A stretch of 48,812 nt of DNA, taken from Bifidobacterium breve. Its GTDB lineage: Bacteria > Acidobacteriota > Vicinamibacteria > Vicinamibacterales > CAVVIG01. Location of the stretch: NCBI GenBank assembly GCA_943328785.2, contig CALQBJ020000002.1, forward strand, positions 1 to 48,812. The letters run 5' to 3'. Below the pieces are notes generated by a model. It was not told the origin of the DNA. It saw nothing but the letters and a program-made list of their open reading frames with translations, and searched no databases. Below are positions 1 to 9,358 of the stretch, piece by piece. Positions within the stretch are counted from its first letter, which is position 1, and each line of letters begins with the position of its first letter. A program made the position numbers and the translations under genes.

Positions 1-1
1 A

Positions 2-46
2 GGGCGGCCCGCACTCGCAAGAGTGCGGGCCGCCCTTTTTTTGTTT
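2..46 (+). terminator. Rho-independent terminator for a + strand gene upstream of the window. The hairpin could also act on the convergent leuD transcript.
   Basis: Perfect 15-bp stem GGGCGGCCCGCACTC (2-16) / GAGTGCGGGCCGCCC (21-35), GCAA tetraloop, then T7-G-T3 (36-46). Confidence 0.85.
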
Positions 47-79
47 CAGTGAGTAATCGGAGGGGCTGGCGTCAGGGGC

Positions 80-667
80 TCAGAACCCAGCGACGTACGG
101 CAGCGTCGACGCCGTGGCGTGGACGGTGTCGTAGTCGGCGAGCAGCATCGAGGTGGGGTTCCACTTGTCGGTGACGAAGGCGTCGCGCACGCCGGCCGGC
201 AGGTTGCCCTGCACCTTCAGCGAACCGGCGGTGATGACGCCGGTGTCCACCCTGGCGTCGACGACCGTGTCGGGCGCCTTCTCGAGCAGCGCCTGCAGCG
301 CCTCGATCGATGCCTTGTCGGCCGTGAAGCACGGCATGCCGAGCACCGCCGAGTTGCCGCGGAAGATTTCCGAGAAGCTCTCGCCGACGATCGCCTTGAT
401 GCCCCAGCGCAGCAACCCCTGCGGCGCATGCTCGCGCGACGAGCCACAGCCGAAGTTCTCGTTGACGACGAGAATCGCCGAGCCGTTGTAGGTCGCGTTG
501 TTGAACGGGTGGTTCGGGTTGCCCTTCCGGTCGTCCTCGAACACGTGGTGCTCGAGACCGTCGAAGGTCACCGCCTTGAGGAACCGTGCCGGCATGATGC
601 GGTCGGTGTCGAGTTCATTGCCGCGCAGCGGAAGCGCGCGCCCGCTGATTGCTGTAATCGAAGCCAT
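80..667 (-). CDS. leuD: 3-isopropylmalate dehydratase small subunit
   Basis: Internal ATG of ORF 80..883 (residue 73, [31 protein letters not shown]...). Typical LeuD motifs (NFGCGSSREHAP). The start overlaps the leuC stop by 1 nt (TAATG). Confidence 0.95.
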   Translation of the reverse strand: MASITAISGRALPLRGNELDTDRIMPARFLKAVTFDGLEHHVFEDDRKGNPNHPFNNATYNGSAILVVNENFGCGSSREHAPQGLLRWGIKAIVGESFSEIFRGNSAVLGMPCFTADKASIEALQALLEKAPDTVVDARVDTGVITAGSLKVQGNLPAGVRDAFVTDKWNPTSMLLADYDTVHATASTLPYVAGF

Positions 668-2058
668 TATGCGTGCACCTCTTCGAGCATCTCGCGGACG
701 TCGGTCACTTCGCCGGCAATCGCCGCGGCGGCCACCATGACGGGGCTCATCAGCAGCGTACGACCGGTCGGGCTTCCCTGGCGTCCCTTGAAGTTTCGGT
801 TCGACGACGACGCCGAGATCTGGTTGCCGACGAGCTTGTCGGGGTTCATCGCCAGGCACATCGAGCAGCCGGCGCCGCGCCATTCGAAGCCGGCGGCGGT
901 GAAGATCTTGTCGAGCCCCATCGCTTCGGCCTTGCGGCTGATCTCCTGCGAGCCCGGCACCACCAGCGCCTTGACGTGGGAGGCGACGTGGCGCCCCTGC
1001 ACGAACTTCGCCGCTTCGGCGAGATCCGAGAGCCGGCCGTTGGTGCAGGAGCCGATGAACGCGACGTCGATCCTCGTGCCGGCCACCTTCTGGCCGTCCG
1101 CGAAGCCCATGTAGGTGAGCGCTTCCTCGTCCTTCGTCGCAATCGCCTCGCTGACACCGACCGACTGCGCCGGGTTGATGCCCCAGGTCACGGTCGGTTC
1201 GATCGTCGCGGCGTCGATCACCACGTGGTCGTCGTATGTCGCGTCGGCATCACTGGCCAGCGACGTCCACCAGGCGACGGCGCGGTCCCACGCGTCGCCC
1301 TGCGGCGCGTACTGGCGGCCCTTGAGATACGCAAAGGTCTTCTCGTCGGGGTTGACGTAGCCGGCGCGGGCGCCGCCCTCGACCGACATGTTGCACACGG
1401 TCATGCGCTCGTCGATCGACATGTTGTCGATCGTCGTGCCGCCGTATTCGTAGGCGTAGCCGACGCCGCCGTTCACGCCGAGGCGGCGGATGATGGTGAG
1501 GATGACGTCCTTGGCGTAGACGCCAGGCTTCAGCGTGCCGTTGACGTCGATGCGCCGCACCTTCAGCGGGTCCATGGCGAGCGACTGCGACGCCAGGACG
1601 TCGCGCACCTGCGAGGTGCCGATGCCGAAGGCGATGGCACCCAGTGCGCCGTGCGTGGAGGTGTGACTGTCACCGCACGCGATCGTCATGCCCGGCTGGG
1701 TCAGCCCCATTTCCGGACCGATGACGTGCACGATCCCCTGGTTGCCGGCGAGGTCATCGCCAGGCGCGAACAACTGGATCCCGTACTGTTGGCAGTTTCG
1801 CTCCAGCGCCGTCGTCATCTCCTCGGCGATGACGTCGAGGAAGGGGCGCTTCTGTGAGCTGGTGGGAACGATGTGATCGACCGTGGCGAAGGTGCGCTGC
1901 GGGTACGGCACGCCCCAGCCATGCTGGCGGATCATGTCGAACGCCTGCGGGCTGGTGACTTCGTGAACCAGGTGCAGCCCGACGAAGAGCTGGGTCTGGC
2001 CGCTCGGGAGCGTGCGCACGGCGTGCGCGTTCCACACTTTTTCAAAGAGAGTAGGCAT
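667..2058 (-). CDS. leuC: 3-isopropylmalate dehydratase large subunit
   Basis: ORF 667..2070, aconitase-family sequence ([12 protein letters not shown]..., [18 protein letters not shown]). I prefer the ATG at 2058, which is preceded by GGAAGG. The alternative ATG is at 2070. Confidence 0.95.
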   Translation of the reverse strand: MPTLFEKVWNAHAVRTLPSGQTQLFVGLHLVHEVTSPQAFDMIRQHGWGVPYPQRTFATVDHIVPTSSQKRPFLDVIAEEMTTALERNCQQYGIQLFAPGDDLAGNQGIVHVIGPEMGLTQPGMTIACGDSHTSTHGALGAIAFGIGTSQVRDVLASQSLAMDPLKVRRIDVNGTLKPGVYAKDVILTIIRRLGVNGGVGYAYEYGGTTIDNMSIDERMTVCNMSVEGGARAGYVNPDEKTFAYLKGRQYAPQGDAWDRAVAWWTSLASDADATYDDHVVIDAATIEPTVTWGINPAQSVGVSEAIATKDEEALTYMGFADGQKVAGTRIDVAFIGSCTNGRLSDLAEAAKFVQGRHVASHVKALVVPGSQEISRKAEAMGLDKIFTAAGFEWRGAGCSMCLAMNPDKLVGNQISASSSNRNFKGRQGSPTGRTLLMSPVMVAAAAIAGEVTDVREMLEEVHA

Positions 2059-2100
2059 TGAGCCTTCCATTCTAGATCGGACGGCAGCCCGCCGGCCTGG

Positions 2101-2868
2101 CTAGAACGCGAACCGCAGCCCGACGCCGACCTGGACGCCGCCGGCGTGCACCTCGGACTCGTTCCCGCTGGCGGCCGACAGGGTGACGGTGCCCCTGGCG
2201 TAGCGGCCAAGCAGGGCGACGCGGGCCGACCGGCTGACCTGACGGGGCAGTTCGACGCCGACGTGGAAGCCCGCGCCGTTCTTCTTCGCCACCGTGCTGG
2301 TGGTGTCGCCCAGCGTCGCCGTGTCGTAGGGATAGCTGTCCGCGTAGGTGAGGTCGGTGACGAGCGCCTGCTCGACGGTGAAGTACGACGGACCGCCGAG
2401 GAGGATGAGCTCGTCGCGGGCCGAGACGCGCAGCGGCACGGCCAGCTCGACGTGGACACCACGTTCCTTGTGGGCCAGCCCGGTCAGGTCGCCGGTGACG
2501 TCCCGCGGCCGGTTGAAATAGAACGGATGCGGCAGCTTCGCGTCGAGCGTGCCGCTGGCGGTGGACGACGCGATGAAGCCGACGACGCCGATACTGAGAC
2601 GGCGGTGGACGCGCAGTCGTACGCCTGCCTCGAAGACGCCGCCGGTCGCCAGCGACAGGTCGGTGGTGACCGGGGCCGCCTCGACGTTGCGCGTCAGGGT
2701 GAACTGCTGCCCGAACGAGCCCGGTGCGACCTGGGCGCCGCCGTTCACGACGAGGCGCACGCGGCCCGACGGTGCGCGCGCGGGCCGACTGGGCGTGCGC
2801 GCCGACTGGGCGTGTGCGCTGCCGGCTGCCAGCAGCAGCGCGCCCGCCATGACGAGGACGCGACGCAT
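2101..2868 (-). CDS. Outer-membrane beta-barrel protein (family not assigned)
   Basis: Signal peptide MRRVLVMAGALLLAAGSAHA, alternating beta-strand pattern, C-terminal LRFAF typical of OMPs. The start overlaps the upstream protease stop by 1 nt (TGATG). Confidence 0.7.
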   Translation of the reverse strand: MRRVLVMAGALLLAAGSAHAQSARTPSRPARAPSGRVRLVVNGGAQVAPGSFGQQFTLTRNVEAAPVTTDLSLATGGVFEAGVRLRVHRRLSIGVVGFIASSTASGTLDAKLPHPFYFNRPRDVTGDLTGLAHKERGVHVELAVPLRVSARDELILLGGPSYFTVEQALVTDLTYADSYPYDTATLGDTTSTVAKKNGAGFHVGVELPRQVSRSARVALLGRYARGTVTLSAASGNESEVHAGGVQVGVGLRFAF

Positions 2869-4499
2869 CAGTTCACCCCCACGGCGGTCCAGGCTTGCGT
2901 GACGGCGCGCGTGGCGGCGCTCGAAGCGCCGTAGAGGTTGGTGGCGGCCTGGATGGTGACGGCGCGCGCCACGGCGAACGTCGCATCGGCCGGCATCATC
3001 TGCGTGAACGCCCGGTACATCGTCTTTTCGATCTGCTCGCGGTTGCTCACGCCCACCCCCTGCACGCTCAGTCCGGAGGTGCGGTTGGTGCCCCCCTCGA
3101 TGGCGAGGTAGTAGACCTGGTTCGGAATGCCGGAGTTGGTGTGCACGCCGCCGTTGTCGCTGCTGAGCGGCAGGATGACGCGTCGCGCGTAGTGATCGGG
3201 CTGTCCGTAGGCCGCCGGATTCTCCATCGAGCGGATGCCGCCCGGCGTGATGACGTCTTCGCCGATGAGGTAGTCGGCCTGCATGCTGCCGCTGCCGGGG
3301 GGCTGGTAGTAGAACTCGACCGCGGTGCCCATCATGTCGGAGAACGACTCGTTCAGCGCACCCGACTCATTGCGGTAGAGCAGGCCCGACGTGAAGTCGG
3401 TGACGCCGTGCGACAGTTCGTGGGCGACGACGTCGAGCGCACCCGACAGGAAGTTCCAGCGCTGGCCGCCTGCCGTGACGGTGGATGGCAACCCCTCGCC
3501 GTAGACCATGACGCCGCCGCCGGCATAGAAGGCGTTCAGGTAGAACGTGCCGATGACCGCGTTGCTCTGCGACAGCACACCGGCGCGCGGCACCGGGTGG
3601 ACGAGGCTCAGCATGCGGAAGTTGTTGTCGTCGATGCCGCGGCGTCCGAAGCGCTTGAAGTAGTAGTCGTAGAAGTAGCCGGCGTAGGCATGCGCATCGA
3701 CGGCGGCGCCGTCGGTCCAGGTGTTGTCGCGGTCCGCCGCCCGGTCGGTGCTGCCGAGGGTGATGCGGCCGTTCAGGAAGTCGAGCGTGCGCTGCAGGTT
3801 CTCGCGCATGTCGTACGTCACCAGCGACGGCGGACGGAGCAGGTCGCTGGTCGTGAAGGTGCCGGTCGCCGAGCTGACGCTGATCTTCTTCTGATCGCCG
3901 AGCACGCCCGTTCCGGTGCCGACGGCCGACTGCCGCTGCGCCGCGTCGAGTTCCTCGAGCACCGCACCGTCGCGGGCATCGATGAAGAGCTCGGTGCCGC
4001 CCTCGGCCGTGAACACCGACGCACGGTACACAAGCCTGAAGCCGTCCTCGACCGGCAGCACCACCAGTGTCGGCGGGCGCTCGGGGCCGAGGTCGACACC
4101 GGTGCGGGCCGCAACCACGGCGGCCGCGTCGGTGACGGTGAGTACGGGGCGCACATCGACGTCGATGCCGCTGTAGGTGGTGCCGAAGATGGAGACGGTG
4201 GCGCCGATGTCGTCGGTCTGCCGCGTGAGGACGGCGCCGTAGACCGGCACACCACGGTGGAACTGCTGCAGGCGCACATGCGTGCGGCCGCTCAGCAGGG
4301 TGTCGGCTTCCGCGTGCCGCACCTCGAGATCGCCGCCGCGCAGCATGGCATCGACCGTGGCGTCCCAGGCGCGGATCGAGGAGGGGTCCGCGGCCAGGGC
4401 AGCGGTCCGGCGCGGTTGGGCCAACGCCGGCGCGGTCGTCGAGGCGACGGCAAGCAGCGTGACGATCGACGAGGTCAGGGCTCGAATCCGGGCTCGCAC
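2868..4499 (-). CDS. Secreted M4 (thermolysin-like) zinc metalloprotease
   Basis: HELSHGVTD (HEXXH) plus GALNESFSD, as in the M4 family. A GTG at 4499 is preceded by AGGAGG and gives the signal peptide VRARIRALTSSIVTLLAVASTTAPALA. The track ORF extends to 4682, but that extension looks non-coding. Confidence 0.9.
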   Translation of the reverse strand: MRARIRALTSSIVTLLAVASTTAPALAQPRRTAALAADPSSIRAWDATVDAMLRGGDLEVRHAEADTLLSGRTHVRLQQFHRGVPVYGAVLTRQTDDIGATVSIFGTTYSGIDVDVRPVLTVTDAAAVVAARTGVDLGPERPPTLVVLPVEDGFRLVYRASVFTAEGGTELFIDARDGAVLEELDAAQRQSAVGTGTGVLGDQKKISVSSATGTFTTSDLLRPPSLVTYDMRENLQRTLDFLNGRITLGSTDRAADRDNTWTDGAAVDAHAYAGYFYDYYFKRFGRRGIDDNNFRMLSLVHPVPRAGVLSQSNAVIGTFYLNAFYAGGGVMVYGEGLPSTVTAGGQRWNFLSGALDVVAHELSHGVTDFTSGLLYRNESGALNESFSDMMGTAVEFYYQPPGSGSMQADYLIGEDVITPGGIRSMENPAAYGQPDHYARRVILPLSSDNGGVHTNSGIPNQVYYLAIEGGTNRTSGLSVQGVGVSNREQIEKTMYRAFTQMMPADATFAVARAVTIQAATNLYGASSAATRAVTQAWTAVGVN

Positions 4500-4595
4500 G
4501 TGGCCTCCTGGCCCCTGAGCGGGACCGCGGCCACTATACCGCACGTCCCCGCGCGCCTCGCGGCGGCGCCCGTGCTGTTGTACGCTGGAACCCGC

Positions 4596-4793
4596 ATGAC
4601 GTGTCGCACCTGCGGAACCGACATCGCCGACAAGGCCCTTATCTGCTACCGCTGTGGCACGGCGACGAGCCAAGCCAAACATCAGCCCTATGTCGCCCCG
4701 AAGGGGCGCGCCGGCTCCACCTTGATCTACGCCGTGATTGCCGTGGCCGTGCTGGCCCTGCTTGCGTGGTTCTTGTTACACTCGACCAACTAG
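4596..4793 (+). CDS. Small zinc-ribbon protein with a C-terminal transmembrane helix
   Basis: MTCRTCGTDIADKALICYRCG (CxxC-N12-CxxC) followed by the hydrophobic helix LIYAVIAVAVLALLAWFLL. This is the in-frame tail of shadow ORF 2895..4793. It lies 7 nt upstream of bioB. Confidence 0.6.
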   Translation: MTCRTCGTDIADKALICYRCGTATSQAKHQPYVAPKGRAGSTLIYAVIAVAVLALLAWFLLHSTN

Positions 4794-4800
4794 GCCCACT

Positions 4801-5784
4801 GTGAATTCTTCAGACCTCCGCCACGACTGGACCCTCGCCGAAATCGAGGCAATCTACACCGCGCCGCTCCCCGATCTCGTGTTCCGCGCGCAGGTGGCCC
4901 ACCGGGCCCACCACAAGACGGACGAGGTGCAGGGGTGCATGCTTCTGAGTATCAAGACCGGCGGCTGTCCGGAAGACTGCTCGTACTGCCCGCAGTCGGC
5001 CCACTACAAGACCGACGTCAGCCGCCAGGATCTGGTGTCGCTCGACGAACTCACCGACGCGGCGACGAGCGCGAAGGAACAGGGTGCGGTCCGCTTTTGC
5101 ATGGGCGCCGCATGGCGCGACGTGCCGAACAACGACAAGTTCGATCGCGTGCTCGACATGGTGCGCGTGGTGCGCGGTCTTGGCATGGAAGCCTGCTGCA
5201 CGCTCGGCATGCTCACGCAGGACCAGGCGGACAAGCTGGCCGATGCCGGCCTCACGGCCTACAACCACAACCTCGATACGTCGCCGGAGTTCTACGGCAA
5301 CATCATCACGACCCGCACCTACGACGAGCGGCTCGAGACGCTGGCGCGTGTGCGGCAGGCTGGCATTACGCTCTGCTGCGGCGGCATCATCGGGCTCGGC
5401 GAGGACCGCAAGGTCCGCTACGGTCTGCTGAAGCAGCTCTCGATGCTCGACCCGCATCCCGAAAGCGTGCCGGTGAACATGCTGGTCGCGGTCGACGGCA
5501 CGCCGCTCGCCAACACCGCGCCCGAAGATCCGCTCGAGCTCGTGCGCACCATCGCCACCGCGCGCATCCTGATGCCAACCTCGTTCGTGCGCCTCAGCGC
5601 CGGCCGCATGCAGCTCAGCGACGAAGCGCAGGCGCTCTGTTTCCTGGCGGGCGCCAACTCGGTGTTCCTCGGCGAGCGGTTGCTCACCACGCCGAACCCC
5701 GGCCAATCTCACGATGAGCAGCTGTTCGACAAGCTCGGGATGCGACTGACTCCCGGCGACGTCGACACACTGCATGCCGGCTGA
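4801..5784 (+). CDS. bioB: Biotin synthase (radical SAM)
   Basis: CPEDCSYCPQS radical-SAM motif and BioB-like sequence throughout. GTG start at 4801 (VNSSDLRHDWTLAEIEAIY...), chosen because the track start at 4738 overlaps the upstream gene. Confidence 0.95.
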   Translation: MNSSDLRHDWTLAEIEAIYTAPLPDLVFRAQVAHRAHHKTDEVQGCMLLSIKTGGCPEDCSYCPQSAHYKTDVSRQDLVSLDELTDAATSAKEQGAVRFCMGAAWRDVPNNDKFDRVLDMVRVVRGLGMEACCTLGMLTQDQADKLADAGLTAYNHNLDTSPEFYGNIITTRTYDERLETLARVRQAGITLCCGGIIGLGEDRKVRYGLLKQLSMLDPHPESVPVNMLVAVDGTPLANTAPEDPLELVRTIATARILMPTSFVRLSAGRMQLSDEAQALCFLAGANSVFLGERLLTTPNPGQSHDEQLFDKLGMRLTPGDVDTLHAG

Positions 5785-6937
5785 CCACTCGCTCGAATCG
5801 CGGGTCCGCGCGCATCTGGCGGGCCTGCGCTCGGACGATCTCCTGCGGACGATGCGGTCGCCCATCGGGGTCGACCTCTCGTCGAACGATTACCTCAAGC
5901 TCGCTGTCCATCCGAAGGTCGTCGCCGCCTTCGCCGCCGGCCTCGCTGGCGGCGGCGCCGGCAGCACCGGTTCGCGCCTGCTCCGCGGCGAACGGAGCGT
6001 CTTCACGGCTGTCGAGCGCCGCTTCGCCGAGTTCAAGGGGACAGAGCGCTCGCTGTTCTTCTCGTCCGGCTACCTGGCGAACCTCGCGGTCCTCACGACG
6101 CTGCCAGACCCGGGCGACGTCATCTTCTCCGATTCGCTGAACCACGCCAGCCTGATCGACGGGGTCCGGCTCGCGCGCGCCACCCGCGTCGTCTTTCCGC
6201 ACAACGACGTCGCCGCGCTTGCGCGCCTGATCGCCGACACGCCGTGCACAGGGCACCGCTTCGTGGTGGTCGAGTCGCTCTTCAGCATGGACGGTGACGA
6301 GGCGCCGCTCGTCGAGTACGCGCGTCTCTGCCGCGAGTCGGGTGCGCTGCTGCTCGTCGACGAGGCGCACGCGGTCGGCATCTACGGCGCGAACGGCACG
6401 GGCCTCATCGAGGCACACGGCGTGTCGGCCGACGTGCTGCTGTCGACGAACCCGGCCGGCAAGGCGCTCGGTGTCGGCGGCGCGTTCGTCGCCGGCCCCG
6501 CCTGGGCCATCGAGTATCTGGTGCAGCGGGCTCGCCCCTTCGTCTTCTCGACCGCCGCACCGCCGGCCATGGCGCACGCGCTGCTCGCCAGCCTCGACGT
6601 CATCACGGACGAACCGGCCAGCCGCCAGCGGTTGCAGGCCAACGCGCGCCGTCTGCGCTCGCGCCTGCGCGCGGCCGGACTCGGGGTGGCCGACAGCGCG
6701 TCGCAGATCATCCCGGTGCACATCGGCGCCAACGATGCCGCCATGGCGCTGGCGTCGACGCTGCAACTGGAAGGGTTCGACGTGCGCGCCATCCGGCCGC
6801 CAACCGTGCCAGTGGGCACGGCGCGCCTGCGCGTCTCGGTGAACGTCGGCATCAACCTGTCGATGGTTGACGAATTTGCGGCGCTGCTCGTCGCCGCGAT
6901 GAAGGAGGCAGGGCTATGCTCCGCGGCCTCTTCGTAA
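5774..6937 (+). CDS. bioF: 8-amino-7-oxononanoate synthase
   Basis: Class-II aminotransferase / AONS-like sequence (SNDYLKL, VESLFSMDGDEAPL, TNPAGKALG). 11-nt overlap with bioB. Confidence 0.9.
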   Translation: MPADHSLESRVRAHLAGLRSDDLLRTMRSPIGVDLSSNDYLKLAVHPKVVAAFAAGLAGGGAGSTGSRLLRGERSVFTAVERRFAEFKGTERSLFFSSGYLANLAVLTTLPDPGDVIFSDSLNHASLIDGVRLARATRVVFPHNDVAALARLIADTPCTGHRFVVVESLFSMDGDEAPLVEYARLCRESGALLLVDEAHAVGIYGANGTGLIEAHGVSADVLLSTNPAGKALGVGGAFVAGPAWAIEYLVQRARPFVFSTAAPPAMAHALLASLDVITDEPASRQRLQANARRLRSRLRAAGLGVADSASQIIPVHIGANDAAMALASTLQLEGFDVRAIRPPTVPVGTARLRVSVNVGINLSMVDEFAALLVAAMKEAGLCSAASS

Positions 6938-7578
6938 CCGGCACCGACACCGGCGTCGGCAAGACCGTTGTCTCGGCGGCGCTGCTGCACCGCTTCGCGC
7001 GTGTCCCCGCCCTGCGGTACTGGAAGCCGGTGCAGACCGGCATCGAGCAGGACGACGACACGGCCGACGTCGTGCGCCTGAGTGGTGTCGGCGACGACCG
7101 CGTCGTGGACGCCGGCGTACGCCTGCCGCGTCCGCTATCGCCCCATCTGTCGGCAGCGCTGGCCCATACGGCCATCTCGCTGGCGCCGTTGATGGACCTG
7201 GCGTGGAGCCGCGACGACACCACCCACTGGATTGTCGAAGGGGCCGGCGGTGTGCTCGTACCGCTGAACGAGCACGACCTGATGGTCGACCTCATCACGG
7301 TGCTCGGCCTGCCAGTGCTGATTGCCGCACGCAGCGGGCTCGGCACCATCAACCACACCCTGCTGACAGTCGAGGCACTGCGCGCGCGCGCCATTCCCAT
7401 TGCCGGCATCGTCATGGTTGGCGAGCCGAATCCCGACAACCGCATCGCGATCGAAACCCGGGCGCACGTCACGGTCGTCGGCGAATTGCCGCGGCTCGAC
7501 CCGCTCACGCCCGAGGCGCTGCAGGCGGCCGCCACGGCGATGACCGGCTTCGCCGAACTGGACTCGTACTTCTCGTGA
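6916..7578 (+). CDS. bioD: Dethiobiotin synthetase
   Basis: MLRGLFVTGTDTGVGKTVVSAALL P-loop typical of BioD. 22-nt overlap with bioF. Confidence 0.9.
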   Translation: MLRGLFVTGTDTGVGKTVVSAALLHRFARVPALRYWKPVQTGIEQDDDTADVVRLSGVGDDRVVDAGVRLPRPLSPHLSAALAHTAISLAPLMDLAWSRDDTTHWIVEGAGGVLVPLNEHDLMVDLITVLGLPVLIAARSGLGTINHTLLTVEALRARAIPIAGIVMVGEPNPDNRIAIETRAHVTVVGELPRLDPLTPEALQAAATAMTGFAELDSYFS

Positions 7579-8996
7579 TGCGCGACGACGACCAGCGCCC
7601 CAGCCAGGCGTCGACTCCGGCATCCAACCTGGCTGCGCGGGATGCTGCGCATCTGTGGCATCCCTACACGCAGATGCTCACCCGTCCGGCGCCCATCCCG
7701 ATCGTGCGAGGCGAGGGGATCTATCTCTACACCGACGATGGGCGTCGCCTGCTCGACGGCACCTCGTCGTGGTGGGTGAACATCCACGGTCACGCCCACC
7801 CGGTGCTGAACGACGCACTGGCCGCGCAGGCGCGTGAGCTCGAGCACGTCATCTTCGCCAACTGCACGCATCGTCCTGGCGTCGAACTGGCGGAGCGCCT
7901 TGTCGCAGTCCTGCCGAGCGGGTTGACCCGCATCTTCTATTCGGACAACGGCTCCACCGCCGTCGAAGTCGCGATGAAGATGGCGAGCCAGTATTGGAGC
8001 AATCAGGGGCAGCGGCGCCGGACTTTCATCACGCTGCACCACGCGTATCACGGCGACACCGTCGGCGCGATGTCGGCCAGCGAGCGGTCGGTGTTCACGC
8101 AGCCGTTCTCGCCGATGCTGTTCGACGTGGTGCGCGCACACGCACCCTACTGCTACCGCTGCCCGATGGGCCTCGATCGCAGCACGTGCCGCATCGAGTG
8201 TCTGGGCGACGACGTCTGCCCGGTGGCGCTGTCGCCGGAGTCGTGGGCCAGCACGCTCGGGGCGCAGCTCGAGCGGCTCGGGAGCGATGTGGCGGCGGTG
8301 CTGGTCGAGCCGATGCTGCAGGGCGCCGGCGGCATGATCGTCTGGCCGGCGGAGTTCCTCGCTGGCGTACGCCGGTTGTGCGACCAGCACGGCGTGCTGA
8401 TGATTGCCGACGAAGTGCTGACTGGCTTCGGCCGGACTGGGCGCTTGTTCGCCTGCGAGCACGCGAACATCACGCCCGACATCATCTGCCTGTCGAAGGC
8501 GGTGACCGGCGGCTACCTGCCGCTTGGTGTGACGGCTGCCACCGCGCGCATCTACGAGGCGTTCCTCAGTGACGACCGCACCCGCACGTTCTTCCACGGC
8601 CACTCGTTCACCGGCAATCCGCTCGCCTGCGCGCTCGCGATTGCCAGTCTCGACCTGGTGCGCGACACGCGCGCGGTGGAGAAGGTGGGGCAGCTCGAAG
8701 GGTGGCTGCGCCGCGGGCTCGAGCCGCTGGCGTCGCATCCGAGCGTCGGCGATGTGCGCGTGCTCGGCGGCGTTGGCATCGTCGAACTGGTGAGCGACAA
8801 GGCGACGAAGGCGGCGGGCGGCTACCTTGATGACGTCGGGCCGCGGCTGACGAAGGCGTTCCTCGACCGCGGCGTGCTCCTGCGGCCGCTCGGCAACATC
8901 GTCTATGCGATGCCGCCCTACGTCATCACCGAGGACGAGACGGCGTGGCTCACCGCGCAGATGTGCAACGTGATCGATGAGGTGCTCGGGGCATGA
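7578..8996 (+). CDS. bioA: Adenosylmethionine-8-amino-7-oxononanoate aminotransferase
   Basis: Internal ATG at 7578 overlapping the bioD stop (TGATG). AHLWHPYTQM, class-III aminotransferase body, and the LSKAVTGGYLPLG PLP-lysine region. Confidence 0.92.
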   Translation: MRDDDQRPSQASTPASNLAARDAAHLWHPYTQMLTRPAPIPIVRGEGIYLYTDDGRRLLDGTSSWWVNIHGHAHPVLNDALAAQARELEHVIFANCTHRPGVELAERLVAVLPSGLTRIFYSDNGSTAVEVAMKMASQYWSNQGQRRRTFITLHHAYHGDTVGAMSASERSVFTQPFSPMLFDVVRAHAPYCYRCPMGLDRSTCRIECLGDDVCPVALSPESWASTLGAQLERLGSDVAAVLVEPMLQGAGGMIVWPAEFLAGVRRLCDQHGVLMIADEVLTGFGRTGRLFACEHANITPDIICLSKAVTGGYLPLGVTAATARIYEAFLSDDRTRTFFHGHSFTGNPLACALAIASLDLVRDTRAVEKVGQLEGWLRRGLEPLASHPSVGDVRVLGGVGIVELVSDKATKAAGGYLDDVGPRLTKAFLDRGVLLRPLGNIVYAMPPYVITEDETAWLTAQMCNVIDEVLGA

Positions 8997-9304
8997 CGCC
9001 GCGCCGCCGTGTCGTCACCGCCGTGCTGCTCTGGGCGGTGTTCGCGTTCCTGGTCTGGAACGTCGTGTTCGACCGCATCATCGTCCTCGCCGGCAGGCGC
9101 TACTCGTACGATGCGACGCTCGCGTTCCGCGCCGGCTACTACCTGCGCATCGACGACGCGATGCGGCCGGCGATTGCGCACGGGGTGCGCGTCGCGTCGA
9201 TCGCGGCAGGTCTCATCGTGCTCGTCGGGGTTGGTCTCATCCGGCTGGCCGCGGAGGCGGACGAGGCGCGCCGACGCGTTGATGAGAAGGCGTCGTCCGG
9301 TTAA
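8993..9304 (+). CDS. Hypothetical small membrane protein co-transcribed with bioA
   Basis: ATGA overlap with the bioA stop. Two hydrophobic helices (VVTAVLLWAVFAFLVWNVVF; VASIAAGLIVLVGVGLIRL). High GC3. Confidence 0.55.
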   Translation: MTPRRRVVTAVLLWAVFAFLVWNVVFDRIIVLAGRRYSYDATLAFRAGYYLRIDDAMRPAIAHGVRVASIAAGLIVLVGVGLIRLAAEADEARRRVDEKASSG

Positions 9305-9352
9305 AGCCGGACACTACACCAGTCCGTACGTAGTGTCCGGCTTTAGCCGGAC
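9303..9352. terminator. Bidirectional terminator-like hairpin between convergent genes
   Basis: Perfect 15-bp inverted repeat AAAGCCGGACACTAC (9303-9317) / GTAGTGTCCGGCTTT (9330-9344). A third copy of AGCCGGAC (9345-9352) allows an alternative 8-bp hairpin. There is no long U-tract. Confidence 0.6.
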
Positions 9353-9358
9353 CTTCTG

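Noticed and set aside
4471-4500. tRNA T-arm-like string GGCTCGAATCCGGGC
   Set aside because: The flanking bases do not form a T-stem or the rest of a cloverleaf. The string lies inside the signal-peptide coding part of the M4 protease.
2895-4595. Most of the 632-aa + strand ORF 2895..4793
   Set aside because: It is antisense to the M4 protease and has shadow-frame composition. Only its last 198 nt (4596-4793) look like a real small gene.
6852-8738. 628-aa minus-strand ORF across bioD/bioA
   Set aside because: It is an antisense shadow of unmistakable bioD and bioA. It is Arg/Ala-rich with no motifs.
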